Origin: Sandaracinaceae bacterium
Lineage (GTDB): Bacteria > Myxococcota_A > Polyangia > Polyangiales > Sandaracinaceae
Direction of reading: 5' to 3'
Assembly: GCA_044220955.1 (NCBI GenBank)
Contig: JBGAQA010000047.1
Coordinates: 1 to 48,884 of the forward strand
DNA: 48,884 nt
The position numbers and the translations under genes are program-made. The notes below the pieces were generated by a model. That model ran no database searches. It saw nothing but the letters and a program-made list of their open reading frames with translations, and was not told the origin of the DNA. The number at the start of each line of letters is the position of its first letter. The first letter of the stretch is position 1. This document shows, piece by piece, positions 30,001 through 39,140 of the stretch.

Positions 30001-30054
30001 GGCCGATCGCCGTGCCCGGGCATGAGAGGCGCGAGGTGTTACCCTTCGGAGGTC

Positions 30055-31893
30055 GTGCGTGCCCTCTCCACCGAAGCGATGCTGGCTCGCGAGGCCGTCG
30101 CGAACCGCTCGAAGCACTGGGTGCGCCTCGTCACCGCGTGCAACAGCCGCTGCCTCTTCTGCCTCGACTCGGACACGCCGCGGAACGTGTTCCTGCCCTT
30201 CGAGGAGATCGAGGCCGACCTGAAGAAGGGGCGGGACACGCTCGACGCGTGGAAGGTGATCGTGTCGGGCGGCGAGGCGTCCCTGCACCCCCGCTTCCAC
30301 GACGTCGTACGGCGCGCGCGCGAGCTCGGCTACGGGCGCGTGCAGACCGTGACCAACGGCTGGCGCTACGCGGAGAAGGAGTTCTTCGACGAGGCCGTCG
30401 CCGCGGGGCTCGACGAGATCACCTTCTCCCTGCACGGCCACGACGAGGCGCTGCACGACCACATGACGCAGCACCCGGGCGCGTTCCGGAACATCGTGAA
30501 GGCGATCGCGCGCAGCGTGCGCAGCGGCAAGGTCATCACGAGCATCGACGTCTGCATCAACAAGCAGAACGTCGGCGTGCTCGACAAGATCGTGGAGCTC
30601 GGCTTCTCGCTCGGCGTCACCGAGTACGACCTGCTCCACGTGATCCCGCAGGCGGCGGCGTTCGATCACCGGGACGAGCTCTTCTACGACCCCCGCGAGC
30701 ACCTGCCGATGCTGCACAAGGTGTTCTCGCTCAACCGGCACCCGAGCTTCGTCATCTGGACCAACCGCTTCCCGGTCAGCTACCTCGAGGGGCTCGAGGA
30801 TCTCATCCAGGATCCGCACAAGATGCTCGACGAGGTGAACGGACGTCGCTTCCAGGTGCGGCGCTACCTCGATGCAGGCGCCGCGCTCGACTGCCGGCAG
30901 CCCGAGCGCTGTGTGCACTGCTTCATCGAGCCCTTCTGCACGACGATGGATCGCGTGATCGAGCAGCAGCGCACGGCGAGCTACGAGGTCTTCGACGTCG
31001 CCGGCGGCACGTACGACCCCGCGCTGCCGCTGCCCTTCGGCGCGACGCTCCTGGGCGTGGACGTCGAGTCGCTCGCGGACCTCCATGCGATGGCACGACC
31101 GGCGAGCGCGGGGCTCTACGTACGCACGGACGACGCGTCGCCGCTCGCGCCCGCGCCCGAGCGTCGGATCCTCGTCGCGCGCACGGCCGCGCAGCTCGAC
31201 GCCTGGCTCACCGCGCCGCTACCCGAGAACGTCGAGCTCGACGTGCACGTCTGCCGGGAGACGGAGTCTGACATCCGCGCGCACGCTTACCGCCTGGTCG
31301 GCCTCGGCGAGCGCGCGCGCCTCGTGTGGCCGACGCACGCGCACATGGCCGAGGCGCACGAGGAGGACGTCCGAGATCCGCGCGCGTTCTTCGTCTCGCT
31401 CGCGCGCCGCCTCCGCGTGGCGGGGCTCCCCGCGTGCCTCGCGCCCGGGATGACGCTGCTTCCGGATCGCGCGATCTGTCCGGCTTCGATGTTCGACGCG
31501 GAGACGGGGCGGCTCGATCACCGCGGCCTCGCGGAGCACCACGTGGCCGCGCACTACCGGGGCAAGAGCGAGCGCTGCCGCGACTGCGCCGCGAACGACC
31601 GCTGCGACGGCGCGCACATCAACATGGTCCGCGACCAGGGGCTCGCCATGCTGACGCCGCTCACCGGCGGCGCCGAGACGGAAGCCGCCATGATCGAGGT
31701 GCGACGCCTGCACCCCGAGCCCATCTCGCGCCTCGCGAACGGCCGTCCCCTCGAGGCGATCGCGCCGAGCCTGCCGGGCCACGCGATGCCGGCGTCGGTG
31801 ACGCCGGATCCGCTCGCGGTGATCGCGGCGGAGCAGATGCTGCGCAAGGTGAAGCGAGAGCAGCTCAAGCAACGCGCCGGCGGCGGCGCCTGA
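30055..31893 (+). CDS. Radical SAM protein with two C-terminal Cys clusters
   Basis: CNSRCLFC, SGGEASLHP, TVTNG, FSLHGH; CRQPERCVHCFIEPFC; GLPAC...KSERCRDCAANDRCDG. Start GTG 30055 or ATG 30079. Confidence 0.9.
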   Translation: MRALSTEAMLAREAVANRSKHWVRLVTACNSRCLFCLDSDTPRNVFLPFEEIEADLKKGRDTLDAWKVIVSGGEASLHPRFHDVVRRARELGYGRVQTVTNGWRYAEKEFFDEAVAAGLDEITFSLHGHDEALHDHMTQHPGAFRNIVKAIARSVRSGKVITSIDVCINKQNVGVLDKIVELGFSLGVTEYDLLHVIPQAAAFDHRDELFYDPREHLPMLHKVFSLNRHPSFVIWTNRFPVSYLEGLEDLIQDPHKMLDEVNGRRFQVRRYLDAGAALDCRQPERCVHCFIEPFCTTMDRVIEQQRTASYEVFDVAGGTYDPALPLPFGATLLGVDVESLADLHAMARPASAGLYVRTDDASPLAPAPERRILVARTAAQLDAWLTAPLPENVELDVHVCRETESDIRAHAYRLVGLGERARLVWPTHAHMAEAHEEDVRDPRAFFVSLARRLRVAGLPACLAPGMTLLPDRAICPASMFDAETGRLDHRGLAEHHVAAHYRGKSERCRDCAANDRCDGAHINMVRDQGLAMLTPLTGGAETEAAMIEVRRLHPEPISRLANGRPLEAIAPSLPGHAMPASVTPDPLAVIAAEQMLRKVKREQLKQRAGGGA

Positions 31894-31911
31894 GCGGCCC
31901 GTCGGTCGGAG

Positions 31912-31948
31912 CGATCCTCGGACGAGTCCCACATTCGTCCGAGGATCG
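31912..31948. terminator. Hairpin between convergent genes (putative bidirectional terminator)
   Basis: CGATCCTCGGACGA-N9-TCGTCCGAGGATCG, perfect 14-bp stem; no U-tract. Confidence 0.55.
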
Positions 31949-31987
31949 TGGTGATGGCGCGCAGCGGAGGGGGTGTGGAGTGTCCCC

Positions 31988-32524
31988 TCAGCGGACCACG
32001 ACGCTGGAACCGAAGCCGTGGATCGTGCAGCGGTAGGTGTCGGGGAAGGGCGCGGCTGCCGGCGCGGCGTAGGTCGTCGTGACCATGCCCGGGAAGCTCG
32101 CGACCGGAGCAGCGGTGCCGGTGACGTAGAGGCCGAGCGGGTGGAACGTCGAGACGGCCGTCAGGTCGAACATGTAGGTCACGCCGTGGCACATGTGGAT
32201 CGTCGGGTTCCCGGCGACGCCGTCGATCGTGTACGAGCTGCCGTCGCTCGTGACCACGAACGTGTGCGGGTCGCAGCTGAAGGACGCGTCGACGTCGTTC
32301 GCGTCCGCGGCCATCGCGGCGTCGGTGCCGGCGTCGGCCGTCGTCCCCATGTCGGGCGTCGAGCCGCCGGTGTCGGGCGTCGAGCCGCCGGTGTCGGGCG
32401 TCGTCGCGGCGTCGTTGCCGGAGCCGGTGTCGTTGCCGCCGGAGGCGGCGTCGTTGCCGGCGGGCGTCGTGCTGCACGCGGCGAGGGAGAGGACCGAGAA
32501 GAGAAGGACGAGGGTGTGTCGCAT
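31988..32524 (-). CDS. Small lipoprotein with cupredoxin-like domain
   Basis: LSLAAC lipobox; DTG/DAG linker; NPTIHM..GVTY.F, HPL, YRCTIH. Confidence 0.72.
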   Translation of the reverse strand: MRHTLVLLFSVLSLAACSTTPAGNDAASGGNDTGSGNDAATTPDTGGSTPDTGGSTPDMGTTADAGTDAAMAADANDVDASFSCDPHTFVVTSDGSSYTIDGVAGNPTIHMCHGVTYMFDLTAVSTFHPLGLYVTGTAAPVASFPGMVTTTYAAPAAAPFPDTYRCTIHGFGSSVVVR

Positions 32525-32614
32525 GGGCAGGATCCTGCCCGAACGGCGGCCGAACCTCCAGCTACCGGCTCGACGCGCTCCGGCGCTTGGCCCCATGATG
32601 GACGCAGTCTCCCG

Positions 32615-33652
32615 ATGGCGAACCTCGGCTACCTCCAGCTCACGCGCGGCTGCCTGCAGAATTGCCGGTTCTGCTCGAACCCGCCGACCGGCGTGGAGCT
32701 CGACGACGCCGGAGTGCGCGAGGAGATCGATCGCCTCATCGGCTTCGGCTACGACGGCGTCATCCTGACGGGCGGCGAGCCCTCGCTCTCGCCGCTGCTC
32801 CTGCCCGCGCTCCGCTACGCGCGCGAGAAGGGGCTCTCGAGCCGGATGATCACGAACGGGCAGCGCCTGTCCGATCCGAGGTTCTTCAGGCGCGCCGTCG
32901 AGGCGGGCCTCACCCACGTCCACGTCTCGCTCCACAGCTACCGCCCGGAGGTGCACGACTTCATCACGCAGTACGCGGGCGCGTGGGACCACCTCGTCAA
33001 GACGCTCGCGCTCGTGCCAGAGATGGGCATCACGAGCGACATCAACACCGTCATCAACGTCTACAACTCGGACCACCTGCACGAGAACGTCGTCTGGATC
33101 ACCGATCGCTTCCCGCACGTCCGGCACTTCGTCTGGAACCACATGGACCCGGACGGCAACCGCGCCGAGGAGAACCCGGACTGCATCCCGAAGCACTTCG
33201 AGTTCCAGGTCTCGCTCGAGCTCGCGATGGAGTACCTGCACCGCACGGGCCGGACCTTCCGCGCCGAGCGGGTACCGCTCTGCTACATGCGCCGCTTCGC
33301 GTGGGCCTCGACCGAGACGCGCAAGATCGTGAAGGAGGAGCAGCGCTGCATCCGCTTCCTCGACCAGAAGGGCTTCGTTCACCAGCTCGAGTTCCTGCAC
33401 GGCAAGGGCGAGCCGTGCGGCGCCTGCAAGTTCGACCCGATCTGCGCCGGCATGTACTCGATGGCCAAGACCTACGACGAGCGCGAGCTCTCGCCGGTGT
33501 TCGACGACCCGATGGACGTCGTGCGGACCGTGCTCGGCGAGGATCCCTCGCCCGAGCTGCTCGCGCGGCTGACGGCGCGGCGCGGCCGCAGAAGCCCGAC
33601 CGAGCAGCCGGCCGAGGAGACGCGCGCCAAGGCGCGGCTGCGCGTCCTCTGA
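32615..33652 (+). CDS. Radical SAM protein
   Basis: CLQNCRFC, TGGEPSL, MITNG, VSLHS; VPLCYM...KGEPCGACKFDPICAG. Confidence 0.92.
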   Translation: MANLGYLQLTRGCLQNCRFCSNPPTGVELDDAGVREEIDRLIGFGYDGVILTGGEPSLSPLLLPALRYAREKGLSSRMITNGQRLSDPRFFRRAVEAGLTHVHVSLHSYRPEVHDFITQYAGAWDHLVKTLALVPEMGITSDINTVINVYNSDHLHENVVWITDRFPHVRHFVWNHMDPDGNRAEENPDCIPKHFEFQVSLELAMEYLHRTGRTFRAERVPLCYMRRFAWASTETRKIVKEEQRCIRFLDQKGFVHQLEFLHGKGEPCGACKFDPICAGMYSMAKTYDERELSPVFDDPMDVVRTVLGEDPSPELLARLTARRGRRSPTEQPAEETRAKARLRVL

Positions 33653-33773
33653 GGAACGTGTAGCCTGCCCGTCGTGCCGGCCCGCCCCACCGGGGCCCCG
33701 CGATCGCCGACCGCGGTCGGCAGGTGTCCGCGCACGGGAGACGAATCGTGAACGATCTCGCGAGAGCCGAGCG

Positions 33774-33789
33774 CGGCACGGCCAGTGCA
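33774..33789 (+). promoter_or_regulatory. Putative sigma54 (-24/-12) promoter
   Basis: CGGCACG-GCCA-GTGCA with GG at 33775-76 and GC at 33787-88; perfect 16-bp palindrome GCCGACCGCGGTCGGC upstream at 33706-33721. Confidence 0.5.
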
Positions 33790-33801
33790 CTTCTCGGCAG
33801 C

Positions 33802-34332
33802 ATGCCGAGAGCCCGTGCCGTGATCGGGTCGATGGTCGCCAGCGTGCTCGTGCTCGCGTGCGCGGGGCCCGCCGCGTCGGACCCGGGCCCCGCGGCGCTG
33901 ACCGCCCCCGCGCAGGGCGGCGCGCTCGCCGCGATGACCCCCGAGGCGCGCGACGTGGTGGGGAGCGCGAGCGTGCCCTTCCTGCTCCTGCCCCCGCCCT
34001 ACGCCGAGGTCGCGGTGGCCACGAGCGGGCCGCGCTGGTCGGCGCTCTCCGCGCGGGCGGGCGAGCTCACGGTCTCGCTGCACGGCAGCGATCTCGCGCA
34101 CGACGCGCAGCTCACGCTCGCCGAGGTGCAGCGCGCCGAGCCGACCGCCAGCGTGCGCGGCGCGCGGGCACGGGTGCTCGTGAACGAGGGGATCCGCAGC
34201 GTCGCGTGGAACGAGCGAGGCGTCGACTGGTCGCTCGAGGTGGAGTGCTTCCACCCGGACACGGACGCCCGCTGCAGCGAGGACGCGTTCCTGCTCGACC
34301 TCGCCTCTCGGCTCGAGGAGGCGTCGCGGTGA
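33802..34332 (+). CDS. Hypothetical lipoprotein coupled to the M23 gene
   Basis: VLVLAC lipobox; VPFLLLP; C-terminal WSLEVEC...C pair; GTGA overlap with the next gene. Confidence 0.7.
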   Translation: MPRARAVIGSMVASVLVLACAGPAASDPGPAALTAPAQGGALAAMTPEARDVVGSASVPFLLLPPPYAEVAVATSGPRWSALSARAGELTVSLHGSDLAHDAQLTLAEVQRAEPTASVRGARARVLVNEGIRSVAWNERGVDWSLEVECFHPDTDARCSEDAFLLDLASRLEEASR

Positions 34333-35882
34333 GGGCGCTCGCGGCGCGGACCTTGCTCGCTTGCGTCGTGCTGTCGGCGAGCCCTGTCGCCGCGCAGTTC
34401 ACCTACGACCCGGCAGGCGACCTCGAGGGAACCGAGCCCGGCCGGGTCGACATGCACGTGTACGCGCCCGGCATCCGCTTCCCGATCGAGAGCGGGCCTG
34501 CCTTCGCGAACTCCCAGATCTACGGACACGGCGGCTACATGGGCCCCGGCGGGGGCGAGTGCGACGGCGCGAACTTCGCGTACCCGTGGCACGACAACTA
34601 CTGCGAGACGCGCTCGTGGGACATGCCGCTCTGCCCGACGGGCATGGGCCACCAGGGCCAGGACATCCGCGCGGCGAGCTGCACCGGCGGCGTCCACCCG
34701 ACGGTCGCGGTCGCCGACGGGACGATCACGAACATCGGCAGCTACTCGGTGTACCTCACCACCGCGGACGGCACCCGCTTCGACTACCTGCACATGTCGC
34801 ACCTGCTCGTCTCCGTCGGAGACACGGTGAGGCGAGGCCAGCCGATCGGGATGGTCGACAACCAGTTCGGCGGCGAGTCCACGACGCACCACCTGCACTT
34901 CAACATCCGCCAGAGCGTCTCGGGCGTCGGCAGCGTCTACGTCCCTCCGTACATGTCGCTCGTGCAGGCCTACGCGACGCTGGTCGGGGGCGGCGAGCCG
35001 ACGATGCCGCCGGTCACGACCGGTCCGCGGCTGATGGCGGAGTACGTGCACCAGTCGTTCCCGCTCTCGTCGGAGCCCTTCCCGCTCGCGCCGGGCGCGA
35101 CGTTCGCGGGCTACATCGAGATGCGCAACCGCGGCTCCGAGACGTGGCAGCCCGGCGTGACCTTCCTGCGGACGACGGAGCCGCGCGACGCGGCGAGCGC
35201 GCTCGCCGGACCGGACTGGCTGAGCGCGAGCGAGCCCGCGAGCGTCGACCGCACGGTCGCGCCCGGCGCGACGGGCCGCTTCGCGTTCACCGTGCAGGCC
35301 CCGGCCTCGGCCGGCGACTACGCGCAGTTCTTCGGCATCTACCACGAGAGCCTCGGGTGGTTCGGCGACGACGGCGGGCCGATCGACCGGTGGATCGAGC
35401 TGCGCGTGACGGTCGAGCCCGTGTCGTCCACCGATCCGGACCTCGACGGCGACGGAGCGCCCGCGAGCCGCGACTGCGACGAGACGCGCGCGGACGTGTA
35501 CCCGGGCGCGCCGGAGCTCTGCGGCGACGGCGTGGACCAGAACTGCGACGGCACCGACGAGGCCTGCGTCGTCCCCGATGGCGATGCAGGCGCGAGCGCA
35601 GGCGACGACGCCGGCGCGCCCGGCGAGGCCGACGCGAGCACGACCACCGGGGGATCGCGCGGCGGCCGCGTCTCGAGCGGCTGCGGCTGCAGGGCCGCCG
35701 GCGAGCCTGCTCCGTGGGGCGCGCTCTGGCTCGTCGCGCTCGTGCTCGTGCTCGCCGCGCGCCGTCGTCGCCGGGCCGCGCCGCGCGCTACGGCTCCGCG
35801 AGCGAGACCCGCGTCGGCACCCGGATCACGTCGGAGCGCCCGTCGCCGAGGACTCCGTCGCGCGCGTCACCGCAACACGTGA
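34329..35882 (+). CDS. M23 metallopeptidase + Ig-like (NBR1-type) + Asp/Cys-rich (MopE-related) motif + MYXO-CTERM
   Basis: Signal peptide; HQGQD and HLH zinc motifs, YLHM, VSVGDTVRRGQPIG; MRNRGSETW..VAPG; DLDGDG..DCD..YPGAPELCGDGVDQNCDG; GCGC-TM-RRRRR. Confidence 0.88.
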   Translation: MRALAARTLLACVVLSASPVAAQFTYDPAGDLEGTEPGRVDMHVYAPGIRFPIESGPAFANSQIYGHGGYMGPGGGECDGANFAYPWHDNYCETRSWDMPLCPTGMGHQGQDIRAASCTGGVHPTVAVADGTITNIGSYSVYLTTADGTRFDYLHMSHLLVSVGDTVRRGQPIGMVDNQFGGESTTHHLHFNIRQSVSGVGSVYVPPYMSLVQAYATLVGGGEPTMPPVTTGPRLMAEYVHQSFPLSSEPFPLAPGATFAGYIEMRNRGSETWQPGVTFLRTTEPRDAASALAGPDWLSASEPASVDRTVAPGATGRFAFTVQAPASAGDYAQFFGIYHESLGWFGDDGGPIDRWIELRVTVEPVSSTDPDLDGDGAPASRDCDETRADVYPGAPELCGDGVDQNCDGTDEACVVPDGDAGASAGDDAGAPGEADASTTTGGSRGGRVSSGCGCRAAGEPAPWGALWLVALVLVLAARRRRRAAPRATAPRARPASAPGSRRSARRRGLRRARHRNT

Positions 35883-38013
35883 CCCGTCCTGTGTCGAGCA
35901 GCGCGCACAGAGTCAGCTCCGTCGCGGCGAGCCTTCGGACGCCGGTGAGGCGCTCGGCGCCGCGCACGGGAAGCTGACTCCGGTCGCTGCGCCCGATGGC
36001 CCTGCGCCCGGCCGCGCTGCAGCGCGCATGGCCGTCGTCCCAGACGCCGCAGACGGCGCTGTCGACGTGGACGTCCACCGCGCCCGCGAGGTCGGGCACG
36101 CGGACCGCGGCGAGTCCCTCGCCCTCCGCGCGCCCGAAGCAGCGCCACTCGCGCCCGAAGCGGGCGCAGCCGCCGCCCAGGCCGAGCACCACGTCGTCGG
36201 CGCCCGCGAGCATGGCGACCGGCGCGGGCGCGACGTACTGATCGCGGAACGTGTCGTCCCCGAAGACGTCGTGGACGCGGACGGGATCCAGCCGCTCGCC
36301 CCAGCAAAGCCACGCGCCGTTTGCCGAGCGAGCACATCCGAATGGACCGAGCGCGAGCGCGCTCGCGTCGTCGATCCCCTCGACCCGTGTGGGCGCGGAC
36401 ACGCTGGCCGCCGGCGCCAGCACGTCGGCGAGCGCGTGCTCGCGTCGGACGAGCCTCGACGTGTCACCCCAGCAGAGCACCTGGCCGCCGCGCACGATGC
36501 AGGCCGCCCCACCGTCGAGCGCGAGCGCGCTCGCTCCCTCCGTCCCCGCGACGTCGATCGGCTCCCAGACACCCCCGTCGTCGGTGCCGGTGCTCGGCAT
36601 CGCCAGGACCGGGTTGCGCTGCGAGCCGAAGCAGCGCACGCGGCCACCGGCGAGCGCGCACACGAGGCCCATCCCCGCGGCGATCTGCGTCGCGCCGCGA
36701 AGGCCCGCGATCTCGATGGGGGTCGGCGCATCGAGGAAGAGCGTCCCCGCCTGGTCGATCGCGTCGATCGTGCCCCAGCACCACACACGCGCCTCGGCGT
36801 CGAGCGCGCACGCGTGCGCGTCGCCGAGCGCGATGGCGCTCACACCCTCGAGGTCGGGGATCTCGTGCCAGTCGGTACCCGACTCGGGCGCGGTCTCACC
36901 GCCGAGGTTCCAGCCCCAGCACCAGGTGTCTCCCGCGGCATCCCGCGCGCAGACGTGGTCGTCGCCAGGCGCGACGGAGATCACGTGCGTCAGCACGGGC
37001 TCGGATCCCGGGACGAGCCGGTGGCCTCGGTGACCATCACCCGCCTCGCCGTGCTCCGAGTTGCCCCAGCACACGAGCTCGCCCGCGGCCGAGAGGGCGC
37101 ACACCGTCGCGAGCTGCACGAACACGCGTACAGCGGCGAACGGGAGCCCGCGCACGCGCACGGGCGTCGAGGAGTCGGTCTCCGTTCCGTCGCCGAGGAC
37201 ACCGTACTGGTTGTCGCCCCAGCACCACACGGAGCCGTCCTCGAGCGCGGCGCACGCCTCGCGATCGGCGTCGACCGACACCGCGCCCGTGAGCACGAGG
37301 TGCGGCGAACTGTGTTCGTCGTCGCGGCAGTGCACGGCGCCGGTCGAGAGGCGCACGCAGCGCGCCCCCCAGCCGGCCGCGACCTCCACGACCGACCCGA
37401 GCTCGGGCCAGAGAGGCGCCGGGGTCCCCGGCCGGTGCGTCCCGCTGCCTGCGTCGTACGTCATCTCCCAGCACACGGCGCCGCCGTCGCGCCGCAACGC
37501 GCAGGGATCCCCCATCCGCGCCGAGATCGCGATCGCGTCGTCGAGCCCCGGCACGGCGGCGACCGGCTGAAACGCGCCGCGCCTCGAGTCGATGTACGCG
37601 CATCGCACCTGGCCGTCCGCGCCCACGCCGCAGAGCGTGTTGCTCGACGCGGCGATCGACGTCGAGCCGTCCAGCCCGCGCACGGGGAGCAAGCGCCGCC
37701 GCCCTGGGGGTGGCGCTCCGTCGAGCGATGCACCGATCCTGCCCCAGCACAACACGTGTGCATCGGGATCGAGCGCGCAGGAGAAGCCGTCCCCGGCCGC
37801 GACGGTCTCGGTGCCCGCGCGCGGCGTGTCGACGCGGGCGGCGAACACCGGCGGCGCGGGTGGCGCATCGCTCGCCGCGCTGCTCGGAGCCGGCGGCGCG
37901 GGAGCTGGCGAGAGCGCGACCGGAGCGGACGCCGGGGGCGCGCCGGAGCGCTCCGATCCGCCGCACGCGAGCAGCACCACGAATGCCGCGATCGAAGTTG
38001 CCTTCCCCCGCAC
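35788..38013 (-). CDS. RCC1-repeat lipoprotein (divergent repeats)
   Basis: VLLAC lipobox; repeats CA....G.V.CWG, GVLGDG. Start GTG 38013 (alternative ATG 38034). Confidence 0.88.
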   Translation of the reverse strand: MRGKATSIAAFVVLLACGGSERSGAPPASAPVALSPAPAPPAPSSAASDAPPAPPVFAARVDTPRAGTETVAAGDGFSCALDPDAHVLCWGRIGASLDGAPPPGRRRLLPVRGLDGSTSIAASSNTLCGVGADGQVRCAYIDSRRGAFQPVAAVPGLDDAIAISARMGDPCALRRDGGAVCWEMTYDAGSGTHRPGTPAPLWPELGSVVEVAAGWGARCVRLSTGAVHCRDDEHSSPHLVLTGAVSVDADREACAALEDGSVWCWGDNQYGVLGDGTETDSSTPVRVRGLPFAAVRVFVQLATVCALSAAGELVCWGNSEHGEAGDGHRGHRLVPGSEPVLTHVISVAPGDDHVCARDAAGDTWCWGWNLGGETAPESGTDWHEIPDLEGVSAIALGDAHACALDAEARVWCWGTIDAIDQAGTLFLDAPTPIEIAGLRGATQIAAGMGLVCALAGGRVRCFGSQRNPVLAMPSTGTDDGGVWEPIDVAGTEGASALALDGGAACIVRGGQVLCWGDTSRLVRREHALADVLAPAASVSAPTRVEGIDDASALALGPFGCARSANGAWLCWGERLDPVRVHDVFGDDTFRDQYVAPAPVAMLAGADDVVLGLGGGCARFGREWRCFGRAEGEGLAAVRVPDLAGAVDVHVDSAVCGVWDDGHARCSAAGRRAIGRSDRSQLPVRGAERLTGVRRLAATELTLCALLDTGRVTCCGDARDGVLGDGRSDVIRVPTRVSLAEP

Positions 38014-38051
38014 GCCGCCGCGAGCGTAGCGCATCGGCGGCGGAAGGCCCC

Positions 38052-39140
38052 TCACGCCGAGGCGCGGGGGACGGCCACGACGTCGTCCTCGCTCGACACG
38101 CGGTCCCCATCGCGCGACTTCGCCACGTAGGCAGCCTCGTCGGCGCGCGCGAGCAGCCGCCGTGGATCGTCCTCGGTCGTCGCGACGGCGAGCCCGACGC
38201 TCGCGGTGACGCCGCGGCGAGCGTCGAACCGTGCTCCGACCTCGCGGACGCCGACGACGATGCGCTCCGCGACGATCTGGGCCTGCTTGGCGTCGGTGTC
38301 GGGCAGGAGCACCACGAACTCGTCCCCTCCGTAGCGGCCGACCACGTCGGTGGAGCGCACCGAGCGCGCGAGCGCGTCGCCGATCTTGGCGAGGAGCGCG
38401 TCACCCTGGGCGTGGCCCGCCTCGTCGTTCACGCGCTTGAAGCGATCGAGATCGATCATCACGGCCACGAGCGGGTGCCCGCGCCGACGGCGGGCGAGCT
38501 CGTCCTCGAGGCGCTGCATCACGTGTCGCCGGTTGAACAGGCCGGTCAGCGGATCGCGCTGGCTGAGCTCCTCGAGCTTGCGGTTCAGCGCCGCGAGCGC
38601 GAGCGCGCGCCGCTCGTCGTGCGCGACCAGCCCACCCACGCTCAGCGTCCCGAGGACGATCATCGCGACGCCGAGCGACCCCGAGCTCACGAGCTCCATC
38701 GGGCTCGGCGTCCCGTGGATCCACGACGGTCCCGCGGGAGCGAAGGGGAGCAGCTGCGACCCTTCGCAGGCGAGCAGCGCCGCGTACGAGACCACGCCGA
38801 CGGCCGCGATGATCAGCCCCACGCGCCGCCCCGCGATCACGGTGTTCACCATCGCCGCGAACGCGTAGAGCGCCACCGTCACGCTCCCCACGCTGCCGAC
38901 GAGGTGCACGAAGAAGGTGATGATCGCCGCGTCGACCACCCCGGAAGCGATCGTCCGCGCATGGCCGCCCACGCCCCGCCAGATCATCAGCTGGAAGACG
39001 CCCGCGAAGACGACGTAGATCGCGAAGACCGCGTAGTACTCGGCGAGCGCCGGAGCGACGACGGGAAGCAGCAAGAGCGCCAGGGCCGCCATCACGAAGC
39101 GAACCGACGCCGACAGGAACACGATCCGCTCGCGAGTCAT
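38052..39140 (-). CDS. Membrane-bound diguanylate cyclase (GGDEF)
   Basis: Several TM helices; DPLTGLFNRR, DLDRFKRVND, I-site RSTD, RYGGDEF. Confidence 0.95.
   Translation of the reverse strand: MTRERIVFLSASVRFVMAALALLLLPVVAPALAEYYAVFAIYVVFAGVFQLMIWRGVGGHARTIASGVVDAAIITFFVHLVGSVGSVTVALYAFAAMVNTVIAGRRVGLIIAAVGVVSYAALLACEGSQLLPFAPAGPSWIHGTPSPMELVSSGSLGVAMIVLGTLSVGGLVAHDERRALALAALNRKLEELSQRDPLTGLFNRRHVMQRLEDELARRRRGHPLVAVMIDLDRFKRVNDEAGHAQGDALLAKIGDALARSVRSTDVVGRYGGDEFVVLLPDTDAKQAQIVAERIVVGVREVGARFDARRGVTASVGLAVATTEDDPRRLLARADEAAYVAKSRDGDRVSSEDDVVAVPRASA

Noticed and set aside
31894..32614. RiPP precursor between the radical SAM genes
   Set aside because: The interval holds a hairpin and an opposite-strand lipoprotein; its repeats match the generic DTG/DAG linkers seen in many other proteins here.
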